A DNA stretch of 64,000 bases from an uncultured Bacillota bacterium (GTDB taxonomy: Bacteria; Sysuimicrobiota; Sysuimicrobiia; Sysuimicrobiales; Segetimicrobiaceae): contig CAWDRG010000015.1 of the NCBI GenBank assembly GCA_963804645.1, positions 439,457 through 503,456 of the forward strand, in the 5' to 3' direction. Below, piece by piece: positions 31,113 to 42,140 of this stretch. A program made the position numbers and the translations under genes. Position 1 is the stretch's first letter. Each line of letters opens with the position of its first letter. A model generated the notes under the pieces. The model saw only the letters and a program-made list of their open reading frames with translations. It was not told the DNA's origin and did not search any database.

Positions 31113-31732
31113 CCACGGCTGCACACGTTCCGCCGGTCGCGACGCCGGTCCCGGCAGCGTAGCGCATCTCCCGCGGCAGGGGTCTCGGCCGGGGCCCCAC
31201 CGCGTGTCTTGCCGAGGGGCGACACGTATCCGCCCGCGGACGATCGTTCGGCGAAACGCGGGCTGCGCAGCCTGGCGACATAGCCTTCCGCATCCGCACG
31301 TGTGAAAATTGCCTGGCCCGTGAGACAACTCTGCGGCTCGAACGTCTTCAGAGATGAGGGCGCACCGCAGGGTCGCGGGGTGGTTGCAGAGGGCCGAACT
31401 GGTGCCTCGTGCGCTTCCTCCGGCGAGGGTGCGGAGTGGTTGGACGCTTCCGGCGGTTCGGTCGCGAGAGCAGCAAAGGTACGTGGTACGCGACTCGTCG
31501 GGCCTGGGGGGGAGTCGACGAGCTCTGCGGGCCCCTTGCGGTTGGCCGCCGGAAGCGAAGTTTCCATCGTGGACGAGAAATCTCTGGCGGTCGCGCTCGG
31601 GCCCGCACGGCCGTGGGTGACGAGTGGCCCAGTCGCCGCCAGGCCTCTCTTGGCCGGCAGATGTTCCCCCCCATCGGGACCGGCCAAACACGGCCGGACG
31701 CCAAAGACGCGAAAGATGATGGGGGGCGGGGC

Positions 31733-32335
31733 GTGGATCGGCGTCGTCTGGCGGTTCGGGGCATGCTCGTCGCGGCCGGAGCGGCCCTCGTGTCCCAGCT
31801 CATCGTGGTCGGGGCGGTGCCGCGCGTTCTCGGCGCCATCGAACCCGAGTCCTACGTCCTCCCATATCGCGCCACCGACGCGCAGCCGAGCAATGTGCTC
31901 GCGCGTGAGGCGTTCGTTCTGCTGAACCAGGCCCGCGCCGCCGTGGGGCTCGCGCCGCTCGAGCGCCAGGATGCGCTCGACGCCATTGCCCGCGGGTACG
32001 CATGCGCACTGTTCGCGGCCGGCTTTCTGTCTCACGTGTCCCCAGACGGCGGGGGTCCCCGAGCGCGTCTCCTCGCGGCCGGCGTCCAGGCGGATGTCTT
32101 GGGAGAGAATCTCGCGTATGCCGCGAGTGTGCCTGACGCACACGATGCGCTGATGGCCAGCCTGCCGCACCGGGAGAACATCCTGTACGCCGGATACCGC
32201 CGGCTAGGGATCGGCGTCGCCGATGGGGCCCGGAAAGGCGTGGTCGTGGTCGAGGACTTCGCGAGCGACGTCCGCTTGTCCAGGCGGCCACCCGCGCCGG
32301 AAACGGAACTGCTCGTCGGGCCCACAATTCCCTAA
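31733..32335 (+). CDS. CAP/SCP-domain protein, membrane-anchored or secreted
   Basis: LLNQARAAVGLAPL, SHVSPDG, GENLAY, LMASLPHRENIL, LGIGV; N-terminal hydrophobic segment. Confidence 0.85.
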   Translation: MDRRRLAVRGMLVAAGAALVSQLIVVGAVPRVLGAIEPESYVLPYRATDAQPSNVLAREAFVLLNQARAAVGLAPLERQDALDAIARGYACALFAAGFLSHVSPDGGGPRARLLAAGVQADVLGENLAYAASVPDAHDALMASLPHRENILYAGYRRLGIGVADGARKGVVVVEDFASDVRLSRRPPAPETELLVGPTIP

Positions 32336-32869
32336 CACGCTCGGCACGGAGGGGGCGGGCGCCCGCGCGCTCAACCGCCTCGCCCAGAGGCGGGCATCGC
32401 TTCCGGGAGAGGTCACTCGCGGCATGCGGCGTCCTGCCATCAAAGCGTATTCTGAACCTCACTTTCCCCGAGCAGCCGAAGCCCCGTATCGGATTCGGCC
32501 GATAGATCATCGGCAGAATGGGCGCGGTCTGGGGGTATCCCGGGTTGGGTTCACGCGGCGCCCGACGTCGGTGCGACCGGCTGGTTCCACCTACAGCGGG
32601 CCGCGGTGGTCCATCGGTGCCCGTTCGGCTGCTAAACCGCGCGGGGCCTGTTGCAGCGATCCACGGTGTCCGCCACGCTTGCCATCATCCTTTTGGAGCA
32701 AGATCCCTCATTCGATTGATCCAGGAATGACCTTTGCAGGGCGCAAGAAACAGGTGTGACGACCAGACCCCCGTCACGGGTTCGCCCGGACGCGCTTTGC
32801 GGTCTCGGCGCGAGACGGAATCGTTCAAGCGCAAGATGGGAATCACGTCAAAAGATGACTAAATCACAC

Positions 32870-33230
32870 ACTGCCCGATGTGGTTCAGGTCGAGAGTGTT
32901 CGGTCAGACGCCGCTGACCTGTCCCTCCGCCTGCTGGATCCCGCCCGTGGTGCGATACAGAGTTCGTTCTGAATGCGAACGGCACGTTGAGCACGTTGGC
33001 GAACTCACCGAACCCGTACGACGGCGCTGACGACCAGCTGATCGGCGTCATCAACAACGATCCGAACTTCAATATCGGTGGCATCAACCTCACCAGGCCG
33101 TCCGACCTCTTCGGGTTCGACGGCAACGGCATCTGCACGCACGGGCCGTTGAACCCATTCGGGAACACCGTGGCCACACCGTCGGGGATTCTGGGGTACT
33201 GCACGCAGGACCAGCGCAACCCCGCTCACG
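32870..33230 (+). pseudogene. Fragment of a secreted, PEP-CTERM-type surface protein
   Basis: NPYDGADDQLIGVINN...LFGFDGNGIC pattern and Asn/Gly-rich composition; no intact start or sorting tail. Confidence 0.5.
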
Positions 33231-33587
33231 AACGGGGAGCCACACGTCGTGGCGAACGAAGGCCCGGTCTCCCGGACCGTCTCCGGCTCGCGCAACCACT
33301 AGCGCGTTGTGGCAGCCGCCGGGCCGCGCTGCTCCGTGGTTCTCGAGGGTAAACGGACACGTTCCGCGGATGCGCCGCGTGTCCCGCGCTCAGGGCCGGC
33401 GCCGCCGCTCAGCAGACTCCTGTTGTGCCGCCGCGCCGCCGATAAGCTCGCCGGCCTCAGCAGTGAGTGTCCGAGGCACGGTGTCTCCTGATCGATGCGA
33501 GAGATCCGAGCGCGGGGCAACTGACGCCGTACACGCGGCGACGGGGCGGCCGCGCGTCCTCATCCTCCGCTCTCCGCTCGGCCGGGA

Positions 33588-35909
33588 CTAGCCGCCGAGC
33601 GCTGACAGAGTCCTGCGCGCGTCGTCGGAGCCGACAAACGGCTGGTGCAGGCCGAGCGCCGTGGTCAGTTCCTGCTTCGCCATCGCATGGTTTCCCGCAC
33701 TGTCGTACGCCATTCCGAGATGGTAGTGGACCGCGGCATCGTTGGAAAGCCCGCGCGCGCTCTCCTGCAGAAGCGGAATGGCGTCCTGGACGCGTCCCTT
33801 GCGATAGTACGCCCATCCGAGTGTGTCCGCGATGCGGGGGTCGTTCGGGGACGCGCGCCGCGCCGTCTCCGCCAGGGTGACGGCCCGATCGATACTGCCC
33901 CCGTGCTCGAGGTAGGACCAGGCGAGATTGTTCGCCGCGGGTGCGAACGTGGGAGAGATGGCCAGCGCGCGCTGGTACGCCGACTGGGCCTCCGCGCTGT
34001 TCCCCTCCTGCTCGTACAGTCCCCCGACGACGACGTAGGGGGGAAGAAAGTGGGGGTTGCGCTGGATGGCTTCGTTGTACTTGCCCACCGCCATTTCATA
34101 CGCATGCTCGTGCGCGTACAAATTGGCCAGCATGAGATATGATCCCGGGGTGTTTTGGTCGAGCGCGATCGCTTTGTAGAATGCTTGCTCGGCCCTGTCA
34201 TTCTGGCCCAGCACCTGGTAGGTCGTGCCGAGCAGATCCTGCAACGCCGGGTTCTTCGGGAAGCGCGCGATGGTGGCTTGGATGCGTTGAATCGCCAGAT
34301 CGTTCTGATGTGCGGTGATGGCGATCGCCGCCTCCTGTTCGAGCGCCTGAATCTGCTGGGGATCGATCGCGAGGGCCGCGTCGAACGCGCGCATGGCGTC
34401 CGCCGTGCGGCCCGAGAACCGATACGCGATGCCGAGGCGAATCAGCACGTTGGGGTCCTTCGGCACCAACGCGGCCGCGCGCTGGTAGGCATCGATCGCC
34501 TGGGGAAACTGGTGCACGTTCACGAAGAAATCGCCGAGCAGTACCTGCGCGGCCGGGTTCCGCGGGGTGCTTGCGACGAGGTGTTCCACGTCGCTTCGCG
34601 CCACGTCGATGTGGCCGGCCCGCACGTCCAGGCCCGCCAGCGCCGACACGGCGTCGACCAGGCCTGGATTGATACTCACCGCTTCGGCAAACTGTTCGCG
34701 CGCCAGCGCGACGTCTCCGTTTGCCAGATACGCCTTGCCCAGATAGTCGCGCGCAATCGCCGCGCGCGGCTGCGCCTCGATGACCTTCTGAAACGCCTGG
34801 ACCGCCCCGGTCGGGTTGTTCATCGCCAGCGCGAGGCGCCCCGCGAAGAACTGCACCACTGGGTCGTCAGGATGGGCCGCCGTAAGCTGTTGGACGCCGG
34901 CCTGCGCTTGGGCGAGTTTCCCCTGAGATTCCAGCAACCCGATCAGCTTGATCGCCGGCACGGGCGAGCCCTGGGCGCTGGCCTGCGCATGCTGGTACGC
35001 TGCGGCCGCCAAGTCGGAGTGTCCTTGCCCTACGTAGAAATCGCCGAGCGCGACCCACAGGTTCATGTTGGCTGGTATCGCACGGACGGCCGCCGCAAGC
35101 GTCGCTTGCGCCTCCGGCAGGTGATGGGTTTCTTCCAGTAGCATGGCGAGGGCAAGGCGCGGTTCCGGATCGTTCGGGGATGCCGCGATACCCCGCTGGA
35201 ACGCCTCGACCGCCGCGGCGCCGTTGCCGCGTACCGCGTACAGGGTTCCGAGGACCGCGTACGCGTGACCGGACGGCGCCTGTGCGGCGGCCTGTTCGGC
35301 CTCCTTCAACGCATCCGGCCAAGATCCGGTCCCGGCGAGCCCCTGCGCCAGGATCAACCGCGCGGCCGCGTTGCCGGGATCGGCACCCAAGACCACCTGT
35401 GCCTCCCGCGTCGCGCCGGCAAAGTTTCGACTCTTCAGCAACAGGTCCGCCATCTGCAGATGCGCGTCTCGGTCGGTCGGGGACGCCTTAAGCGCTCGGT
35501 TGAGGGCGTCGTAGGCGAGCTGCGGTTTGCCGAGCGCGAGTTCGGTGCGCGCCAGCTGATCCAAGGCGGTGACCGACGGCGACATCTGGACGACGTTCTG
35601 GAAATCGATTTCGGCTTCTTGGTAGCGCCCGGCGGCGAACGCCGCATTTCCCTGCCGCCAGTACCGTCCGAGTCGGTGGCTCGGCTGATTCGTCCACCAC
35701 AGGACGGACGCGGCGGCGACGACAACGGCAAATGCGGCGATCGGCACCACGCGGCGCAACCCGCGAGATCCCCCACGGGATTGGGGGGGTACGCTGGTGC
35801 CGGTCGCGGGCGTGACCGAAGACGGACGTCGGGTGCCCAAACCGGGCAAGGCTCTTAGAAAGCGCACGATGCCCCCCTTTTGGCGGATGACCGACCGGCC
35901 AGGATACAT
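33588..35909 (-). CDS. Long TPR protein, PrsT-like (PEP-CTERM system-associated)
   Basis: N-terminal transmembrane helix and many TPRs; C-terminal AANNLAW...DTLGWAYY...VHYHLGMAY typical of PrsT; adjacent to exosortase. Confidence 0.82.
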   Translation of the reverse strand: MYPGRSVIRQKGGIVRFLRALPGLGTRRPSSVTPATGTSVPPQSRGGSRGLRRVVPIAAFAVVVAAASVLWWTNQPSHRLGRYWRQGNAAFAAGRYQEAEIDFQNVVQMSPSVTALDQLARTELALGKPQLAYDALNRALKASPTDRDAHLQMADLLLKSRNFAGATREAQVVLGADPGNAAARLILAQGLAGTGSWPDALKEAEQAAAQAPSGHAYAVLGTLYAVRGNGAAAVEAFQRGIAASPNDPEPRLALAMLLEETHHLPEAQATLAAAVRAIPANMNLWVALGDFYVGQGHSDLAAAAYQHAQASAQGSPVPAIKLIGLLESQGKLAQAQAGVQQLTAAHPDDPVVQFFAGRLALAMNNPTGAVQAFQKVIEAQPRAAIARDYLGKAYLANGDVALAREQFAEAVSINPGLVDAVSALAGLDVRAGHIDVARSDVEHLVASTPRNPAAQVLLGDFFVNVHQFPQAIDAYQRAAALVPKDPNVLIRLGIAYRFSGRTADAMRAFDAALAIDPQQIQALEQEAAIAITAHQNDLAIQRIQATIARFPKNPALQDLLGTTYQVLGQNDRAEQAFYKAIALDQNTPGSYLMLANLYAHEHAYEMAVGKYNEAIQRNPHFLPPYVVVGGLYEQEGNSAEAQSAYQRALAISPTFAPAANNLAWSYLEHGGSIDRAVTLAETARRASPNDPRIADTLGWAYYRKGRVQDAIPLLQESARGLSNDAAVHYHLGMAYDSAGNHAMAKQELTTALGLHQPFVGSDDARRTLSALGG

Positions 35910-36102
35910 CTGGCCTTCAGGGTCAGACCGCTCTCATCCTAGAGCAGGAGGTCGATCGGATCTCTCCCGCAAGTGAAGGAGATCTTCTCGTTCCTTCGAG
36001 CGCATAGTTTCGGTCGCGGGATGGCTAGTCGAAATATGACGTACGTATGTGCGTGGGTACGAAGCCAACTCTTTGACAGTCGAGGACTGGATCATCAGAG
36101 CG

Positions 36103-36552
36103 TTACGTGAAAACCGGGGTCGCGTTCACGCTCAACCAATACTGGCCGAGCGCCCTCACGACCTCGCTGAACTGCTTGAAATCCACCGGTTTCACCACGT
36201 AACTGTTCACGCCGAGGCGGTAGCACTCCAAAACATCGTCGGCCTCGAGCGACGATGTCAACACGACCACGGGGATCGTCCGAGTCACAGGATCCGCCTT
36301 CAGTCGCGTCAGCACCTCGCGGCCGTCGATTTTCGGCACGCGGAGGTCCAGCAGGACCACCTTGGGGCCGTCGCGGTCGGGCCGTCTCGGGGTGTTGCCC
36401 TCCGGGCCGAACAGGAACGTGAGGGCTTCCACGCCATCGCGCACCACATGCACGTGCGGCGCGAGGCTGTGCACGCGGAGCGAATGCAACGCCAGTTCTA
36501 CCTCGTCGAGGTTGTCCTCGACGAGAAGGATCTCGATGGACCGGTCACTCAT
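36103..36552 (-). CDS. Single-domain response regulator (Rcp1-like receiver)
   Basis: ILLVEDN, VVLLDLRVPKIDG, IPVVVLTSS, GVNSYVVKPVDF. Confidence 0.92.
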   Translation of the reverse strand: MSDRSIEILLVEDNLDEVELALHSLRVHSLAPHVHVVRDGVEALTFLFGPEGNTPRRPDRDGPKVVLLDLRVPKIDGREVLTRLKADPVTRTIPVVVLTSSLEADDVLECYRLGVNSYVVKPVDFKQFSEVVRALGQYWLSVNATPVFT

Positions 36553-38263
36553 GACCGGACCCTGCGGGCAACGAGAAGTAGAATGTCGCCCCCCGGTCGA
36601 GTTCGCCCTCGGCCCACACACGTCCGCCGTGGCGGTCGATGATGCGCTGGATGATCGCGAGGCCGACGCCTGTTCCCTCGAACTCCTCTTCCCGGTGCAA
36701 CCGTTCAAACACTCCAAAGATCTTGTGGGCGTACTGCATATCGAACCCGACCCCGTCGTCCCGCACGAAGTACACGTGGTAGCCCGGTGTGGCGCCCTCG
36801 TTGCGCGAGCCCACTTCGATGCGCGCGTGCGCACGGGGACGCGTGAATTTCAACGCGTTGGAGAGGAGGTTTGTGAACACCTGCTTGAGCAGCCCGAGGT
36901 CCGCATAGCAGATTGGCAGATCCTGCACGAACACCTCGATGTCTCGGCCCTCGTATTCCCCTGCGAGTTGCTCGAGGACTTCGCGCACGAGTTGCGTCGG
37001 GGCGAGCAACTGTTTCCTCAGCGCCTGCCGGCCCAGCCGAGAAAAGAGAAGCAGGTCGTCGATCAGGCGTCCCAGCCGCTCCGCGTTCGCCTGCACCAAC
37101 CCCAGATACCGCTGCGCTCTATCGTCGAGGGTGCCGGCGGCCGTATCAACGAGAATGTGGGCGAATCCGTCGATCGCGCGCAGCGGCCCCCGTAGGTCGT
37201 GGGCGACCGAGTAGGTGAACGATTCCAGCTCCCGGTTGGCGGCCTCGAGAGATGCGGTGCGGTCGGCGATCCGCTGTTCCAGGGCGGCGTTCGCGGCGCG
37301 CAGCGCGTCCTGCGCCCGGTTGCGCTCGACGGCGCGGCCCAAGAGCAGTCCGACATTGCGCACGATGAGCAGAAACAGATCGTCCGCCACGGCGGGCACG
37401 TCCGTGAGGAATTCGAGGACGCCTGCGACATCGGTGCCGACGAGAATCGGGGCCGCGATCGCCGCGCGCACGTCGTTTCGTAGGCGGGAACCCAGCGAAC
37501 CGGCGGCATCGGTGACCCAGAGCGGCGCCGCACTGGCCCGGACGCGTGCGACGAGGTCGTCGGGCGGGACGGCGTCCAGGCCTTCCGAACGGAGGCGGAG
37601 CGCCCGGAATCGTTCCTCGTCGTTGACGTGCCAGATCCGTGTCGACACGAGCCGCGCAGGGTTGTCGTCTGCGGCCAACCAGATATGCCCGACCGGCCAT
37701 CCCGCGTGCTCGCACACGCGATCAAGCGTCACGCGAAAGAGCTCCGAGACGTCCGTCGACTCGTTCGCGGCGATGAGCACCCGATGGAGCAGCTCCAACT
37801 CGTGCTCGCGCCGCTCGAGCGCTGCATCGGCGCGGTGCCGGTCGGTGACGTCGCTGATCGCCACAAGGCGGTCCCCGCGACCTCGTCCAACGGACCACGG
37901 CGACGCGCTCACTCGCATCGTCCGGCGCTCCCCGGACACGTGGAACTCCAGTTCCATGTCCTGGATGTCATCCTGGCCGCTGATGAGTTCGAGGAGCGCC
38001 GACCGCAGGTGGGAGAAGTCGTGGGTCGAGCCGGTCCCGCGCATCGGCGCCATGTTGAACAATTGGCGGAACGTTCTGTTGACCGCGACCACGCGCCCCG
38101 CGCCATCCACCACCAGGAGCGGTTGGTCGAAGGCATCAAGGATCGAGTCCGGGTCGCTTGATGCTGCCGGTTGTCCGGCGTTGTGAGCGTCGCGAGATGC
38201 CATGCACCACACCGCTTCCATCACAGAATACCTGGCCGAGGGCTCGGCGGCCCGGCCGCGCAC
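36545..38263 (-). CDS. Cytoplasmic PAS-GAF sensor histidine kinase
   Basis: PAS (LLVVDGAGRVVAVN), GAF, H-box SVAHDLRGPL, NLLSNALKF, DDGVGF, GTGVGLA. Confidence 0.92.
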   Translation of the reverse strand: MRGRAAEPSARYSVMEAVWCMASRDAHNAGQPAASSDPDSILDAFDQPLLVVDGAGRVVAVNRTFRQLFNMAPMRGTGSTHDFSHLRSALLELISGQDDIQDMELEFHVSGERRTMRVSASPWSVGRGRGDRLVAISDVTDRHRADAALERREHELELLHRVLIAANESTDVSELFRVTLDRVCEHAGWPVGHIWLAADDNPARLVSTRIWHVNDEERFRALRLRSEGLDAVPPDDLVARVRASAAPLWVTDAAGSLGSRLRNDVRAAIAAPILVGTDVAGVLEFLTDVPAVADDLFLLIVRNVGLLLGRAVERNRAQDALRAANAALEQRIADRTASLEAANRELESFTYSVAHDLRGPLRAIDGFAHILVDTAAGTLDDRAQRYLGLVQANAERLGRLIDDLLLFSRLGRQALRKQLLAPTQLVREVLEQLAGEYEGRDIEVFVQDLPICYADLGLLKQVFTNLLSNALKFTRPRAHARIEVGSRNEGATPGYHVYFVRDDGVGFDMQYAHKIFGVFERLHREEEFEGTGVGLAIIQRIIDRHGGRVWAEGELDRGATFYFSLPAGSGHE

Positions 38264-38413
38264 CCATCGAGGTCCGCGGGCGGTGCACCGCGGCGGCGCG
38301 GGGCGCGGCAGGCGTTCGGTCTGCGGTTAGGGTTCTCACTGGTATGGCGATCCCCCTCCCGCCAATGCCACTCAGACGTCGCTGGACCATGCCGTTGGTG
38401 TCTAGGGGAGGCG

Positions 38414-39286
38414 TCAATTCGGAAGGAGCCGCGAGAGCGCCGGGAAGGCGGCCTGCACAAAGGAAATCTCGCGCGCGATTGTGGCGTCCACCGAACCCGC
38501 GAGCACGGTGTTGATCCGCACGAGCGCCTCGTCGCTGTGCCGCTCGGTCAGCGCGGTCCAGGCCAGGGTCGCGGTGGCCGGGAGTTCCTTGGCGACCACC
38601 TGTCCGTGGATCTGATACCAGTAGACGACGACTTGCTGGACATCGTCCTTCTGAATGAGGTTGCTGTTGACCACGATCGTACGGGACCCCAGGCGGATCG
38701 GGGTGACGCCAGAGCGGGCGATGACCCAGCCGGCGCCCGGCAGGCAGACCGAGGGCGAATGGACGCGCTCTTGTCCGAGGCGCTGCGCGCCCCAGTAGCC
38801 AACGTACAGCCACATCGTGCCGGTCGTCGAGGTCTGATAGCGTCGCAGGACGTAGTCATCGACGTGCAGCGCGGCAACGATATCGGGATCGAAGTAATCA
38901 GTTTCACCGCGCCATGACCCCAAGGTATCCGGGAGTCCTTGAAGGGGGTGCGTAATAGGCACGTTCTCGGTGCCCAACCCGTTCAGCAACCCTGCGCTCA
39001 AGAGAAGCGTCGCGCAGGCGATGACGTAGCTGGGCAGCCACCGTCGACCCCGTCCGATGTCGGGGGACACGCCGCCTGTCTGAGAGTGGTGCAGCGCGGC
39101 CGCCGCGAGGGGCACCCACCGGCGTGCTCGGTTCCATGCGCGCGCTCCCGCGGCGCACAGGCGGACGCCGAGCCGTGCGGCGAGGGCCGCGTGGCCGACA
39201 GCACGCGCGGGCGCGCGCAGCGGGGGCGCAAGGAGGCGCCCCGACGGTCCGGAGTATCGCGTCACGCGCGTGCCCGCTCCTTCCAT
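38414..39286 (-). CDS. epsI: EpsI-family exosortase-associated protein
   Basis: LPDTLGSWRG, LYVGYW, HSPSVCLPGAGW, YWYQ, ALVRI. Confidence 0.85.
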   Translation of the reverse strand: MEGAGTRVTRYSGPSGRLLAPPLRAPARAVGHAALAARLGVRLCAAGARAWNRARRWVPLAAAALHHSQTGGVSPDIGRGRRWLPSYVIACATLLLSAGLLNGLGTENVPITHPLQGLPDTLGSWRGETDYFDPDIVAALHVDDYVLRRYQTSTTGTMWLYVGYWGAQRLGQERVHSPSVCLPGAGWVIARSGVTPIRLGSRTIVVNSNLIQKDDVQQVVVYWYQIHGQVVAKELPATATLAWTALTERHSDEALVRINTVLAGSVDATIAREISFVQAAFPALSRLLPN

Positions 39287-40149
39287 CCGAGTAGCAGTCG
39301 CGAGAGCACCAGGCCCTCCGCAGCGAGCAGCAAGAACGCGAGCACGAAGATCACGAGGCCCGAGAACTCATGATAGAATCCGAGGCCCGCGCCCGGCCCG
39401 AAGATTTCCACGAGAACGCCGGTGAGCGTAATCCGCGCGGCGTTGGTGACGATCGCGATGGGAACCGCCGAGAGGGCCAGAAACACCCGGGGCCCCCAGC
39501 GCCGCTGCGTCAAGTAGGCGAAGATGACGGCGAGCGCGAGCAGGGCGACGAGTGACCGGATGCCGCTACATGCTTCCGTGACTTCCAAGCGCACCGCCGC
39601 GAGCGCGATGACGTTGCCTTCGCGGAAGACCGGCACCCCCAGCACGTCCAGGGTATTGGTCGCTAACTTGGCCGCCATCGTTTGCAGGGGAAAGGCGACC
39701 GCATTCATCACGACGGCCGGTGGCGGAATCATGAACAGTAAGTAGGCGAGCGGGAACGTGACAATGCGCAGCGCGTCGGCGCCCCGGAGGAACACGATCA
39801 GGCCGGCGAGCGCCAGCAAAAACGAGACGCGGGCCGCGTAGCCAAATGTCGCGGCTTCGCCCACCATGAGCAAGGCGATGCTGGCCACGAGGAGGACGTA
39901 CCCCCACGCGTTGCCGCGGTCTCCGGAGCGCTGCAGTGCCTCGCGCCGCTCCCACACGAGATACGCGGTGATCAGGGGAATGACAAATCCGTGGGAGTAA
40001 TTGGGATCGCTCACCCACTGTGCAACGAGATCCTGCAAGACCGGAAGGTATAGGTACAGCAACGCGGAGCCAACGGCCACGCCGGGCAACCATCGGGCCG
40101 CCGCCACGCGCAGCGCCTCTGGGCCGTCTAGCCGCACCTGCTGCCACAA
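39262..40149 (-). CDS. epsH: Exosortase (EpsH/Xrt family)
   Basis: Multi-pass membrane protein; DPNYSHG, FPLAYLLFMIP, VTEACSGIRS (Cys), NAARI (Arg), FYHEFSG (His). Confidence 0.93.
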   Translation of the reverse strand: MWQQVRLDGPEALRVAAARWLPGVAVGSALLYLYLPVLQDLVAQWVSDPNYSHGFVIPLITAYLVWERREALQRSGDRGNAWGYVLLVASIALLMVGEAATFGYAARVSFLLALAGLIVFLRGADALRIVTFPLAYLLFMIPPPAVVMNAVAFPLQTMAAKLATNTLDVLGVPVFREGNVIALAAVRLEVTEACSGIRSLVALLALAVIFAYLTQRRWGPRVFLALSAVPIAIVTNAARITLTGVLVEIFGPGAGLGFYHEFSGLVIFVLAFLLLAAEGLVLSRLLLGWKERARA

Positions 40150-40260
40150 GTCCGCGTACCTGAGAATCGCTGCGCCCCTTAGGCCGGCATCGGATGTACC
40201 CGCTCAAGACCCAAGGATAACCCGGCGTAGGCCTGTTGGCCTTCGTTCGATCGAAGGATC

Positions 40261-41046
40261 TCAGAAACTCGGGCGCGGGATGCGGGCGAAAGTGGGGAGC
40301 GCGCCGGCGCCCGATCGTTCTGTCTGATCCGTCGGACTTCCGCGCCCGGCCGAAGGCTCGGGCGATTGCCGGTCCGCGCCCAGATCGATCGGCGCGGCGT
40401 CGACGAGATTCCGCTCGATCGCGAATGCCGCCGCGTGTGCGCGGTTGCGCAGCCGCAGTCGCCGGTACACCGTCCGCAGATGGCTCTTGACGGTCGATTC
40501 CGAGAGGAAGAGCTTCGCCGCGATCTCCTTGTCGCCGAGTCCGCGCGCCACCTCCGCGAGCACCTCCGTGTCTCGCTGCGTGAGGCCGTGCGGGCCCCGC
40601 CGTACCGATTCGCCGCCGGACGTACTGTTGGCCAAGTCATCGAGGAGTTGCCGCGCGATGTCGGGCGCGATGGTGGTCTTGCCCTGATGCACCGACCGGA
40701 TCGCGCCGATGAGTTCGACGGATGAGACATCCTTCAGCACATAGCCGGCCGCACCGACGGTCGCCGTGCGCCGCAGCAAATTCGAATCGCCGTACGAGCT
40801 CAGGATCAACACCCGCGTGGCCGGACACTCCTGGCGGATGGTCTGCGTGGCTTCGACGCCGTCGCCGTCTCCCATTTTGAGGTCCATGAGCACAACGTCG
40901 GGCCTCAGTTCGCGCGCGAGTGCGGCCGCTTCCCGGCCGCTCGCGGCCTCGCCCACGATGCTGATGTCCTGCGCATCTTCCAACAGCACGCGTATACCCA
41001 TCCGTGCGAGCATCTGATCGTCCGCCAGCAGTACGTTGATACTCAT
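40261..41046 (-). CDS. NarL/LuxR-family response regulator
   Basis: VLLADD, DVVLMD, GYVLKD, KEIAAKLFLSESTVKSHL. Confidence 0.92.
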   Translation of the reverse strand: MSINVLLADDQMLARMGIRVLLEDAQDISIVGEAASGREAAALARELRPDVVLMDLKMGDGDGVEATQTIRQECPATRVLILSSYGDSNLLRRTATVGAAGYVLKDVSSVELIGAIRSVHQGKTTIAPDIARQLLDDLANSTSGGESVRRGPHGLTQRDTEVLAEVARGLGDKEIAAKLFLSESTVKSHLRTVYRRLRLRNRAHAAAFAIERNLVDAAPIDLGADRQSPEPSAGRGSPTDQTERSGAGALPTFARIPRPSF

Positions 41047-41422
41047 CGGGTCCCCCTTGTGCGCAGACAGCATTACCGTTTTGCAATATTCCACGGGGAT
41101 TGTTCGCCGCGAAGAGCGCCCCCAGCAACGCGTCGGCTTCGAAATGACCTAATTGTACTCACGGAACTGATTATAGCCCCTCAATTAGGAACATCCCCTA
41201 AAGCGCCCGGGTTCAAACGGAGGAATCCTGATTATTTTCTCGCGCAAGCTAGGGCGTGCGCTGCGCGACACCCCTACGTATGTTCCCCTATCAGAAAGAG
41301 CGCGGAGTCATCCGAAAGACGTTCGAGAATGTCCGGCCGAACGTGGGGATCTGGCGCCGAGGCCCCCAAATTGGGGTACTGCAAGGCAATCGGCTCGTGC
41401 ACGACCATAATGGTCCCCTCAG

Positions 41423-42088
41423 GTGAGCCTAGTGGCAGCGCTGCGGGTTCTCGTGGCTGATGACACGACGTTGTTTCGTCAAGGGGTAAGAAGTCTGCTC
41501 GAAAAGAGCCACGGATTCGAAGTGGTAGGGGAAGCGTCGAGCGCCCAAGAGGCGACGGAACTGGCGGGCACGCTCACGCCCGACGTCATCCTGCTCGATC
41601 AGGACATGCCAGGGCTCGATACGATCGAAGCGATCAAGCTGATCAAGACCCGGCATCCAAAGGCGGAGATCATCGTGCTGGCGGAGGAAGCCGATGAGGA
41701 GATGCCGTTTCGGATGCTCGAAGCCGGCGCGACCGGGTATGTGCTGAAGGATATCAATCCGGAGAACCTGGCGCGCGCGATCGACGGCGTCTGCAACGGG
41801 CGCACGCTGATTCATCCGCACGTCGCGCGGCAACTCGTCGAACGGTTCCGGGTGCTGTCCCGCGAGAAGGATGGGACAAACGGGAACCACCTCGGTGGAT
41901 TGACCACCCGGGAGTTTGAAATCCTCTTGGAGGTATCGAAAGGGTCAACCGACCGTGAGATCGCTCAACGGATCTTCCTGAGTACGACGACCGTGAAGAG
42001 CCACATCCGCGCAATCTTCCGCAAGATCGGCGCCCGCAATCGCACCCAGGCCGTCGTGTACGTCCTCAAACACCGGCTCATCAACTAG
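41423..42088 (+). CDS. NarL/LuxR-family response regulator
   Basis: VLVADD, VILLDQDMP, GYVLKD, LTTREFEIL, EIAQRIFLSTTTVKSHI. Confidence 0.92.
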   Translation: MSLVAALRVLVADDTTLFRQGVRSLLEKSHGFEVVGEASSAQEATELAGTLTPDVILLDQDMPGLDTIEAIKLIKTRHPKAEIIVLAEEADEEMPFRMLEAGATGYVLKDINPENLARAIDGVCNGRTLIHPHVARQLVERFRVLSREKDGTNGNHLGGLTTREFEILLEVSKGSTDREIAQRIFLSTTTVKSHIRAIFRKIGARNRTQAVVYVLKHRLIN

Positions 42089-42140
42089 TCGTTCGACCAG
42101 TCTGCGGCGTCGGCGTAACCCGCCGGAAAGGAAGGGGACG

